Shown one piece after another: positions 37,001-45,564 of a DNA stretch of 64,000 nucleotides (position 1 is the first letter of the stretch; the number at the start of each line of letters is the position of its first letter). The notes below the pieces were generated by a model, which saw only the letters and a program-made list of their open reading frames with translations, did no database searches and was not told the origin of the DNA. A program made the position numbers and the translations under genes. This DNA is from a virus: positions 8,075-72,074 of IMG/VR virus record IMGVR_UViG_3300027736_000041. One strand, given 5' to 3'.

Positions 37001-39954
37001 CAAAGGGCACAGGCGGAGGAGGCGAGATCAGTCCTCCGACTACTGGACAAATAGCACCCGGCGCTCCGATACAGCCCGGTGGACCCATGCAATTGAAAGA
37101 TGCCACATTTCTTGGGAATGTGACCATCGGCCGAATGACGGTTGTGCAGCAGGATGTACAACAATCTGCAAGCGCCAAGGATTTGCTGAATGCGCAGAAT
37201 ATTGCACCATCAGTACGGGTCACTGCACCATCAAGTACCAGTGTTCCTACAGGAAACAGTCTCCCAGTAGCTGGTCGCCCCGGAGGAGTGGCATACGATG
37301 AGTCACTAAGTGGTTCGAAAACACCGTGGACTTCTGTAGTACGCAACAACAATGATCCAGAAAATAACGGCATCAGGAACAACCAAGCGTTTTATTCCAT
37401 GGATGCAGATTACGCAAAAAATAATCCAAATTTGACTCCAGAAGTGCTGAGCAAAACTAATCAAGCATTAATCAATGCGGGACGAAATAACAATATTGCT
37501 CCTGAATTGCTCAAGGCACTTGCAATACAAGAAAGCGGACTTGATCCAAGCAAAACAAATGGAAATGCCAAAGGACTTCTCCAATTGATGCCAGAAGCTG
37601 CTAGACAGATGAATGGCGGTAAAGATCCAACACAAGAAGAATTGCTCGATCCTAATTTCAATGCAAATTTGTCAGCAAAATATTTGAATTTTATTGCAAA
37701 CAAAATGAAGGCCGATGGTAAAGACGTAACAGTCGCGGGAGTTGTGTCTCGATACTTCCAAGGACCAAGCGCCACTGATGAAACTGTAGCAAGACCTGAC
37801 GTTGTAGCATATGCCGAACAAGTCGAAACGAGAGCATCGAAATTACAAGGTTTCGCGAGCAATCCTCATGGTGGCGGGAGAGACATTCTTAGTTTTAATG
37901 ATGTTCTTGCCGATCTTACCAAAAAAGATGCTAATGGACGTTATTCGAGTACTGTGACTCCGACGATGACGCAACGACAATGGGAAACAACGCAAGCCGT
38001 AGGCTCCAACGAATGGACATCGAATGGAGTAAAAGTAAGGGCTCCCGGCGCACCGGCAGGAAGTGATCCAGATCATAGAGGCATTGACATTTCAGGCGGA
38101 GGAGGCCGACCTACTGGTGTAAGGAATATTACTGAAGGGACTGTTGTAGGAAGAGGATTTGCCGGAGACAAAAAAGGTGATAAAACGGGTTTTGGCAATT
38201 ACGTTCTTATTCGGCCCACTGCGGCACCCGATACAACAATATTGTATGGACATTTGGCAAATCCAACTGAATGGGCAGTAAATGCCCACGTTGGTAAAGG
38301 AGCTGTTCTCGGCACGATGGGAAGTACGGGCCATTCAAGCGGACCACATGTTCATATACAGGCATGGAAAGGCGCAAAAGTAGTTAAAGATTTCGAAGAT
38401 ACAACGAATTTTACTGATCAACAATATAGTCAACACAAAGGAATCATTCAAGGCGTCGGATTGAAAGGCGGACAAACTGTAGATGTAGTAGATACATTAC
38501 GGCAAATATCGGGCGGATCATCTAAGTCCGGCGGATGGGCAGGAGTTAATTCGACTACTTTCACTGGCGGACCAATAGGAAAAGGGGGCGGGATGGATAC
38601 TGGCTCTCAAGTTGCCAATTTCAGTGGCTCTACAGCAACAGCCAATCCCATGTCGTTCCCCACAATCAATGGCGAGATCAACATTTCGGTTCGACCGGAT
38701 GAGGCTAGCATGATAAAATTAATTACCACAATATTGAATTCTTCCAATGTCAAATCTGAAGGATCAACCGCGACATTGACATTCCAGATTGACGGTCATG
38801 TTACAGGAACGGGTGGCGGTTCTGATGAACCAGCAGAGACACATTCGGACGCTGGCGGAGGCAGCGGAGGAAGTGCGCCTGCGCCTGCTGCCACGAACAC
38901 ACCCGATATTGGCGGAGCAACCCCCATAGCACCTCGTACTGGCACGCTTGATGCATTGAGAGGAACTGGACGTGGACCTGCAGTACCGACGGTAAAATCA
39001 GGCCCATCAACTTCTCCTCCTTCTCCTTCTGATCCTGTTGTGTCCACTGATCCCCTTAGAGAACAACGTCAGGGAGAGCAAACTACTGGTGGTAGAGGAT
39101 CAGCACCCGGTTCCGGTGGACGTGCACCCGTGATGATGGACGGTCAGCAACAAGATACGGGCATGGCTCCTGCGAGTCCTGCGGCTGCTACTCGGAACAA
39201 TAATATGTGGTCGAATTTCGCTGCTCCACAGGCACCACCAGCACCACCAGCACCAGACCCGATGCAAAATGGCGAAACAGCACAGCAGTCGGTCCGGCCA
39301 CCAGCACCACCAGCACCAGACCCGATGCAAAATGGCGAAACAGCACAGCAGTCGATCCGGCCACCGGCACCACCAGCACCAGACCCGATGCAAAATGGCG
39401 AAACAGCACAGCAGTCGGTCCCAAGATCGGCTCCAGTTGACTCTGGAGGTGGACGAGGTACTGTTACAGTGCCCGCAGGCAGACTGGGTGGTTCCGGTCC
39501 TTCGGATTACAGATTAAGCGCAACCGGAGAAAAAATATACAATGATCCCAACGCACCGCGGACAATGCAAGTACCGGCACCGCCGCCGCAAATCGATTTG
39601 GGCGCAGCGGCTCAAAGATTGGGAAATGCTGCTGCAGATAGTTTTGGGGCAGGTGCGTCACAAGTTGCGGAACAAGTTGGAGCAAATCAGATGAGGGCGT
39701 CTCAGGCAGAAAATGAAGGTGCCTCCATGATTGGCGACGCATTGCTCTCGGGCGCTTCCAGTGTCGCAGGCATGTTTGGTAATGCGGCCGCAGGAATTTC
39801 AAATGCATGGAATGCTCAACAAGAAGCTTCAGCAAAACATAAGGCGGAACAAGCGGCCAAGGAAAGGGAGGCATATGTTGCTCGTCAATCAGCAGGTATA
39901 TTAGGATCAGATTACACAGTAGATGCAGCAGGCCGGAAAGTTCCCAAGAAATGA
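34006..39954 (+). CDS. tape measure protein with lytic transglycosylase (SLT) and M23 peptidase domains
   Basis: Long helical N-terminus; LLKALAIQESG...GLLQLMP...N...SAKYL (SLT); HRGID...YGHL...GSTGHSSGPHVH (M23). Confidence 0.85.
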   Translation: MTSSYTPADFERAIAEGLKKGVTEVTTTLIPAQDKLDKSIAELGKEVTALNTAVAGIPAQLTAIATSLGNMTKAFTDFKDGAADLAKTLSTGAPTNLATQIAAGIAASIVALQATLKAEMATAVKDGIDGGIAASGGGGGGGGGGGGGGGGGDPTRGYRNQPQHEGIMHNIGQQFMWQGTHLLEGGLKAFAPSGLDYRQQAEQQGASLGSLYRQQQRTWSDSTSTGEFKTNTLGIGKYNGETLAGVTDEDRFRSLNVSTRFAGSSRLTQKQISDQADTSVKSAFALGLDRTNYSATLESFGRAGAVGGETTRTGSGSAMTAANSGNFKQDQKEFALTIAEALANGKLFDRMDEVMKSMAGMADMVGGRMGDLDPQKLASAFAEANKAAAGDPRLQEAVPGLFGKVDQQMSTMVRDPMLVAGYAKSDAGKGRGGADMLYNIQKTLEGGDVLAKFDMMGSEFKTRTGLTANKSTMDELDKITGLKGEERRKAIETSAIFGVEGVGEAGVGRAQVALMSMKDRYGLSSLNETRGALSLSDLKVSGSKLTDEQKSEIQKLKSTSNQVQTAVIMGTEKAEDIQKLMQKEYGNLKNTALDAFINEDVSKLKTPDDIADYKKRAIATVSTYDQTGGGTGGVGGPQGGKDGKGGLPDFEKLTVSSQALLDSQIKLATATDKVATGMDAFNIWMNKLLANNPTIAGMVASPVGQGIVSGLAIAGTTAGVMGVGKYFQHGGESATKPHIEALDDAIEKIKANPTGLPQQDIDTAIAEARKKAAPKITSARRWGKGKAAGVIAVGALAVAGVAAAINPAAFGFAGGGGDVGTDEDYEEEDEGRGGGLDTNIQQSSVGVPTGPARTAGTPSGASTTKLGEDIANSTGTASTAVDVIEMGLAGASKLGLKGAGAVASKFAKFIPGIGGIIDAVGSNSEDIAKGWENYQKTGEIFTRDNARTLLSTGAGALASGALSLIPGVGAIAQGLFGSTASDLASSGVKGMFDALVPGSKGTGGGGEISPPTTGQIAPGAPIQPGGPMQLKDATFLGNVTIGRMTVVQQDVQQSASAKDLLNAQNIAPSVRVTAPSSTSVPTGNSLPVAGRPGGVAYDESLSGSKTPWTSVVRNNNDPENNGIRNNQAFYSMDADYAKNNPNLTPEVLSKTNQALINAGRNNNIAPELLKALAIQESGLDPSKTNGNAKGLLQLMPEAARQMNGGKDPTQEELLDPNFNANLSAKYLNFIANKMKADGKDVTVAGVVSRYFQGPSATDETVARPDVVAYAEQVETRASKLQGFASNPHGGGRDILSFNDVLADLTKKDANGRYSSTVTPTMTQRQWETTQAVGSNEWTSNGVKVRAPGAPAGSDPDHRGIDISGGGGRPTGVRNITEGTVVGRGFAGDKKGDKTGFGNYVLIRPTAAPDTTILYGHLANPTEWAVNAHVGKGAVLGTMGSTGHSSGPHVHIQAWKGAKVVKDFEDTTNFTDQQYSQHKGIIQGVGLKGGQTVDVVDTLRQISGGSSKSGGWAGVNSTTFTGGPIGKGGGMDTGSQVANFSGSTATANPMSFPTINGEINISVRPDEASMIKLITTILNSSNVKSEGSTATLTFQIDGHVTGTGGGSDEPAETHSDAGGGSGGSAPAPAATNTPDIGGATPIAPRTGTLDALRGTGRGPAVPTVKSGPSTSPPSPSDPVVSTDPLREQRQGEQTTGGRGSAPGSGGRAPVMMDGQQQDTGMAPASPAAATRNNNMWSNFAAPQAPPAPPAPDPMQNGETAQQSVRPPAPPAPDPMQNGETAQQSIRPPAPPAPDPMQNGETAQQSVPRSAPVDSGGGRGTVTVPAGRLGGSGPSDYRLSATGEKIYNDPNAPRTMQVPAPPPQIDLGAAAQRLGNAAADSFGAGASQVAEQVGANQMRASQAENEGASMIGDALLSGASSVAGMFGNAAAGISNAWNAQQEASAKHKAEQAAKEREAYVARQSAGILGSDYTVDAAGRKVPKK
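39232..39420 (+). repeat. 63-bp tandem repeat x3
   Basis: PAPPAPDPMQNGETAQQSxRP; ATG codons at 39262, 39325 and 39388. Confidence 0.9.
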
Positions 39955-41510
39955 GAATTATAGAAATCAATCAGAATAAACAAGGTGGAGTATTCCAACA
40001 AATAATTGTGGGCGGATTTGATTTGACGCAATTTGTATTGGGAGGAACAGTGCGGAGATCAATTGGCAATCCCGCCGGAGAATTTGAATTGAAATTGCGT
40101 CCTTTGGTAGACAAGAACGGAGCAATACTAGATATTCCGATTTTGCCAAATGATTATTGTGAAATACGTGTGGACAGGCAATATATTCCAAATGGACCCA
40201 GAGCAGGAATTAAATTGCTGATGCGAGGATTAGTGGATTCAGTCAAGTTGACGGAAGCAGCAGATCAAGGGCCACAAGGAGTTGTCAGTCGCGCAGTGTC
40301 TATTGGCGGATCAGATTTGGGAAAAATATTTCAGCGTAAACAAATTCAGTTGCCTCCAGATGGCATTACCGATGAATTCAATACTTCATTTTTAGATTAT
40401 GTGACAACATTATTAGGACAAGACGCAGGTGGATTTGAATTTGACATGCCCATGGAGGTATGGATAGATTTTTTCTTGACGAAAATTTATTCCGACGATA
40501 AAATTGCATTAGGATCAAAAAGATTAAATGACAATGCATTATGGATCAAATCAGAATTTAATCTTCCAAAAACACCGCAAGGAAAAACTCGTTTGAGAGT
40601 TATGAAAGCGCCGATTTTGAATAATTTTCAAGGAAGCTTGTGGGATTTTATAACGTTCTATTGCAGCAAGCCCTTTTTAGAGATTTTCTTGAATGATGAA
40701 GAGGACTACACGGTGTTGACGTGTCGATGGGTTCCATGGCTGAATGCATTGGATCAGGTTCCTTTGCAACATTCTTTCACAGAGCAAGGCAGTTTTCCAT
40801 GGTTTGACGAATCCAAGGTTGATATGTTGTATTTAAAAAATTATGATATTGTTACTGAAAAACAATTAACAAGAAATGATTTTGATAGGTACACGTATTT
40901 TTTGACAAAACCATATCAATCATGGTTTTCACAAGGATCGGGTGGATTAACCGAAGGAGCGTTGTTTGCAGATACACAGCCAACTCTTGATCCAGATGGA
41001 AAGATTAGTACATGGCGAAATCCGTATTATGATATGGCAGGTCAAGATCAATTTGGATACAAGCCCATGGTAGTAAAAATGCCTTTTTATGGGCAAGTAG
41101 GACAAGGATCAAATGAAGTATCGTTTGAATTGCAATTCATTGCTAAGGATTGCAACAAATGGCTTGTCGATATTTTTACATTTACCGATTTGTTGTATAC
41201 AGGATCAATTACAATAATTGGAACTCCAGACGTAAAATTAGGACAATGGATCAAAATTGGAGACGACAATGATCCCCGTCAACTTACAGGATACGTCCAA
41301 AGTATCGAACATTCATGGGTAGTGTCTCCTGCGCCGCAATTCTTGACCAGATTGGGATTGACACGTATTTCAAACGTCGATGGACAATTAAACAGGGACA
41401 GACTCAAGGGCGAATACATGCAGCACGTAGATGGAGTTAATCGCCCGCAAAGCATCAGTGGTTATGCGTTAGCGGGACTTCAATCTAGGCCTGATCCTAA
41501 TACACTTTAA
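39951..41510 (+). CDS. baseplate hub protein (putative)
   Basis: Follows tape measure; AGEFELKL, LMRGLVD, GSDLGK, PFLEIF and GSITIIG...GYVQSIEH pattern. Confidence 0.65.
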   Translation: MRIIEINQNKQGGVFQQIIVGGFDLTQFVLGGTVRRSIGNPAGEFELKLRPLVDKNGAILDIPILPNDYCEIRVDRQYIPNGPRAGIKLLMRGLVDSVKLTEAADQGPQGVVSRAVSIGGSDLGKIFQRKQIQLPPDGITDEFNTSFLDYVTTLLGQDAGGFEFDMPMEVWIDFFLTKIYSDDKIALGSKRLNDNALWIKSEFNLPKTPQGKTRLRVMKAPILNNFQGSLWDFITFYCSKPFLEIFLNDEEDYTVLTCRWVPWLNALDQVPLQHSFTEQGSFPWFDESKVDMLYLKNYDIVTEKQLTRNDFDRYTYFLTKPYQSWFSQGSGGLTEGALFADTQPTLDPDGKISTWRNPYYDMAGQDQFGYKPMVVKMPFYGQVGQGSNEVSFELQFIAKDCNKWLVDIFTFTDLLYTGSITIIGTPDVKLGQWIKIGDDNDPRQLTGYVQSIEHSWVVSPAPQFLTRLGLTRISNVDGQLNRDRLKGEYMQHVDGVNRPQSISGYALAGLQSRPDPNTL

Positions 41511-41522
41511 AAAGGAAGAAAA

Positions 41523-42383
41523 ATGGGAACATATCCAACAACCATGAGGGGTTCTGCCGCAATGGCGGATGTGCGAAATGGCGTGGAAAGCGCGTATGGC
41601 ACATCTCGTGGGCCGATGCTTGGTCGTGTGTTGGGCATCAACTGGGCCAAGAGGACGTTGAAGTGTGTTGGCATGCACATGGACGAGGGGTCAGGACCAT
41701 GGATCGACGTGCCAATTGCATCGAGTGTATTTACGCAATCGGAAGCATCTCATTGGATTCCCAGTGTTGCTCCACCAGTGGATACGTCGTTTTCCGGATT
41801 GTCGGCTTTGGACGGAGTTGATGATGCCATTGCGATTATTGTATTTGCCAACAATAATCCAATATTTCCTATTTGTGTCGGTTTTCTTCCGCCCCTTTAT
41901 CATGAATTTTCATTTGATGAGCCGGGAACAAAAATAGATCGTCATGCTAGTGATGTGTATAGCAGGATGACAAGCAATGGAACGTATGAATTTGCGTTCC
42001 CTGATGGAACGTATTTCAAGGTAGCTCCCATTACGGAAAACATAGGGTTGACGGATTTATCCAGTGGCAATGTTCATGAAAGTCGTCCATGGACCATTGT
42101 CAAGGACGATCCACGGTTTGTGACCATGATGCATTCCAGTGGCGCATCGGTTGTGATTGATCCTTTTGGAAATATGTCGGTATCTACTCCAACAAATTTA
42201 AACGTCAATGCGGTTGGATCAACCACAATTCAAAGCACAGGATCACTTACAATAAATACATCTTCTACTATAAGTATTAATAGTTCTGGTGGAAATATCA
42301 CGGTAAATGGAGTAAATCTTGTTACTCATAATCATGTGGTATCTGTAAATGGCTCGAATCAATCAACAAGTGGACCACAATAG
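41523..42383 (+). CDS. baseplate central spike (gpV/gp45-like)
   Basis: OB-fold-like N-terminus, beta-helix repeats, C-terminal THNH (HxH) apex motif ending TSGPQ. Confidence 0.7.
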   Translation: MGTYPTTMRGSAAMADVRNGVESAYGTSRGPMLGRVLGINWAKRTLKCVGMHMDEGSGPWIDVPIASSVFTQSEASHWIPSVAPPVDTSFSGLSALDGVDDAIAIIVFANNNPIFPICVGFLPPLYHEFSFDEPGTKIDRHASDVYSRMTSNGTYEFAFPDGTYFKVAPITENIGLTDLSSGNVHESRPWTIVKDDPRFVTMMHSSGASVVIDPFGNMSVSTPTNLNVNAVGSTTIQSTGSLTINTSSTISINSSGGNITVNGVNLVTHNHVVSVNGSNQSTSGPQ

Positions 42384-42398
42384 TCCGGGGAGTCTTTC

Positions 42399-43568
42399 AT
42401 GGACATAAACAACAGCATGTTTTCGCTGAGACTAAATGAAGAAGGCGAAAACTATTCCGAATACGTATTTTATGTGTTGCCTGAACAAGTTGATATTTCA
42501 ACTCCGGCTCGTCTTGCGCTGTATCAATCGATTAATGGGCAGACTCATGCAGATCACATGGGTGATGGAACCACCACGATCAATTTGCAAGGAGTTACTG
42601 GATGGAGGCTAGGAGGATTGATGAATAGTGGGTTTGCCTATGCGTCGTATGTGCTTTTAAGGGAAATGATTTTTCGATATTACAAAAAATGCAAAGAAGG
42701 TGAGTCAAAATCAACTTCGTTAAAGTTAACCATTTCCTTCCCTGATGCTCCTGATTACGGACAATGGGATGTGGCCATTAGGGAATTGACATTGCGCAGA
42801 AGTGCAAGCGCTCCGTTGATGTTTAATTATCAATTATCAATGGTTTGTTTGAGCGGAAATTATTTATCAAACAACGCAAACGAAAAATATCCAAATCAGG
42901 AACAAGTTATGAAAGATTTGAAATCAAATCTTATCCCAGATTCAGTAAGGCATATATTTCCGGTCAGAAAACAAATGTCGTCTGCAATTAAAGAGGCAAT
43001 GCCGGGAGGATCAATTCCAATAAATGTTGACCTTACAGAGATGATAAAAGTAGCAGAAGCAAGATTTTCAGATACTACGTGGACATTAGGTGGCTCTAGT
43101 ATTGTGACACAAACAGAACAAGAACGATTATCTGGATCAGGGACAATACAGAAATACTGGAGTTTGCGTCAACTTGCAGGAGTAATATTTGGCACTAGCA
43201 CCACTACTCCGGAACAATACGCAGCATGGATGCAAAATCCCGATGGCAAAACTATGGCTGCACCACTTGCAGATAATGATCCGCGATTATTATTTTTGGC
43301 CAGAGAAAATCCTACTATTTCTCTTAATGGTATACCGTCAAAATCTATTGTAAAAAGAGCAGTATTGGGTACTGGAGATTCCATTCTTACAAGTGTTCAA
43401 GAAAATGCCACTATTACCGTTCCAACAATTAGTTTTGACAATAATTATAAATTAAACGAGACAGTTATGGTCAAAGGCGTTAAAACAAAACGATTTAATA
43501 GGTATGGATCTACTTTTGCAGATGAATTGGCACGCACATACACCGGTCAGGGCCGCGGTGGCGAATAA
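42399..43568 (+). CDS. baseplate/tail tube initiator-like protein
   Basis: F.VLPE......P.R....Q...G..HAD..G.G...I.LQG.TG pattern; baseplate position. Confidence 0.5.
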   Translation: MDINNSMFSLRLNEEGENYSEYVFYVLPEQVDISTPARLALYQSINGQTHADHMGDGTTTINLQGVTGWRLGGLMNSGFAYASYVLLREMIFRYYKKCKEGESKSTSLKLTISFPDAPDYGQWDVAIRELTLRRSASAPLMFNYQLSMVCLSGNYLSNNANEKYPNQEQVMKDLKSNLIPDSVRHIFPVRKQMSSAIKEAMPGGSIPINVDLTEMIKVAEARFSDTTWTLGGSSIVTQTEQERLSGSGTIQKYWSLRQLAGVIFGTSTTTPEQYAAWMQNPDGKTMAAPLADNDPRLLFLARENPTISLNGIPSKSIVKRAVLGTGDSILTSVQENATITVPTISFDNNYKLNETVMVKGVKTKRFNRYGSTFADELARTYTGQGRGGE

Positions 43569-43579
43569 GGAGGCAACAC

Positions 43580-44128
43580 ATGTCTATTCAAGTTGCTTTT
43601 GGTAGCACATTAAATGAAAATAACAATGAAATTGAAACAATAAATTCTGAAACAATGACCGCAAAACGACATAGATTGTTGCCAGAAATTAAAACATTAT
43701 TTAAATTGTATCCTTCTTTAGAATATGTGTCATTTTTTTTGCAACAATCGTATGAAACAATGCCGGAACATACTCCAGAAGCAAGGGTGATATGCGCTCA
43801 AATATCAGAGGCAATAGCAAAATGCATTTCAGGATTGATGTATGAAATTCCCATTTTAAATGTTGAAACAGAATTATTTTTGGCAAAAGTAAAAATTTTT
43901 GCCACTGACACAGAAGCAAACATGATGAGATTTAAAAATGCCATTTTGTTTGATAATGTGGCATCTGGAGGGACGGCAATTCAATTGACACCTGCTGGTC
44001 TGCAAGCACTAAAAGAACTTCAACAATGGAAATTAGCAGATAATATCATACACAACGATAATTCAAGTGCAGATTTTAACATTAATAATAAATTAAAAGA
44101 ATTACTTGTAAATGTAATATTTGTATAA
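43580..44128 (+). CDS. hypothetical baseplate-region protein
   Basis: Strong RBS AAGGAGG; AT-rich. Confidence 0.65.
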   Translation: MSIQVAFGSTLNENNNEIETINSETMTAKRHRLLPEIKTLFKLYPSLEYVSFFLQQSYETMPEHTPEARVICAQISEAIAKCISGLMYEIPILNVETELFLAKVKIFATDTEANMMRFKNAILFDNVASGGTAIQLTPAGLQALKELQQWKLADNIIHNDNSSADFNINNKLKELLVNVIFV

Positions 44129-44142
44129 AATAAGGAAAAAAA

Positions 44143-45522
44143 ATGTCAACATATAAAAATTATGTAGTCAAACAAAGTGATACGTTAGAAACAATAGCGC
44201 AACGACAATTAGGAGATACATCTGCGTGGCCGTCACTTATTCCGCTTAATAAATTAAGATACCCTTATATTTCTGACGACATAAGAGATCAATATGGAAC
44301 ACCTCATGCAGAATTAATGCTTCCGGCATCAGTTGATGCCGGTGATATTTCCATTAATTTAAAAACGTATGTTGATTCAGGAATGTTGCCAGAATCGTTA
44401 TTAACTAGTAAATCAATATTTTTTGTCAGAAGATACGATGGAAACGGAGATTATGTTCATGATGCTTTGACAATTGATACGTATTATCCATCGGCGTATG
44501 CAATTAAAAAGCCAGATAATACGTATCAATCAGTTGCTGCAGGAACTGTGGTGTTTGATGCATTGACATTAGAAAATCCTACAACATTGGCACTGCAATA
44601 TGTGTCTACAATTAACGGAGGATCATTGCCTGCTAGAACATATTATGTGAAATATACATACATCACACATAATGGCGAAACAATGACATCACCGGACAAC
44701 ATTGATTCAGACAGTGGAGCAAGAATTGGAATAGCAATACCTCAAAATGAATTAATGTCTATGTCTTCTCCAATTATTTGGCCAGATAACGTCATTGGCG
44801 TGAATGTGTATGTCGGAACAAATCCTGAATTATTGTACAAACAACAAAATGGATTATTTGCAACAACATTTACTGCAAAAAATCAAACATATGTTGAGCC
44901 AACAAATGGAATTACGCTAAACACACAAAAAGCGCCTGTATCAAATACCGCAAAAATTGGATTTTTACATTCATACGAAATCGGAATTATTTTTAGCATT
45001 CATAGCGATCCCAACACATTTGACACGCAAGTATTAAAAACAGGAGACATCATTCATCTTGAAACAAGTCAGGAACAAACATCTAGATTAATAATTAATA
45101 AACATGTAAACACTCAAGCAATAAACACATTTGGAACAGATATAAAAATAAATGAATTAGGATTTTTGACGTTTGATAGTCAAGAGTATCCCGGAGATAC
45201 GACAACAGTAACTGGATTGAGCAACGTGCGGCAGGCAATTAGAAGCAGGTTGCTCACAAAATATGGGGCTTTGACAACAAGACCTACATTTGGAAATACT
45301 GCGCTCACCTTACTTGGAGAACGATATCGCGTAGGATTTTTACTGAAAGTACGTGGAGAATTGCAAAAAACAATTCTTAGCGAACAAAGAATACAATCGG
45401 TAGACAATATCGTATTGAACTATGACGCAACAACAGGAGCATGTACTGTTACAAATTTATCGGCAACGGTTGCTGAAAACGGCGTTCAATTAAATTTTAA
45501 TCCAATTGTCTTGCCGATCTAA
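44143..45522 (+). CDS. baseplate wedge protein, LysM-like N-terminus and gp25-like C-terminus
   Basis: YVVKQSDTLETIAQRQLGD..W..L..LN.L; GLSNVRQAIRSRLLT..G.L...P.FG...EQRI..V. Confidence 0.75.
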   Translation: MSTYKNYVVKQSDTLETIAQRQLGDTSAWPSLIPLNKLRYPYISDDIRDQYGTPHAELMLPASVDAGDISINLKTYVDSGMLPESLLTSKSIFFVRRYDGNGDYVHDALTIDTYYPSAYAIKKPDNTYQSVAAGTVVFDALTLENPTTLALQYVSTINGGSLPARTYYVKYTYITHNGETMTSPDNIDSDSGARIGIAIPQNELMSMSSPIIWPDNVIGVNVYVGTNPELLYKQQNGLFATTFTAKNQTYVEPTNGITLNTQKAPVSNTAKIGFLHSYEIGIIFSIHSDPNTFDTQVLKTGDIIHLETSQEQTSRLIINKHVNTQAINTFGTDIKINELGFLTFDSQEYPGDTTTVTGLSNVRQAIRSRLLTKYGALTTRPTFGNTALTLLGERYRVGFLLKVRGELQKTILSEQRIQSVDNIVLNYDATTGACTVTNLSATVAENGVQLNFNPIVLPI

Positions 45523-45564
45523 AGCCAGCAAGTCAATAACGAAGAATTTTGGTAAAATGAAAAT

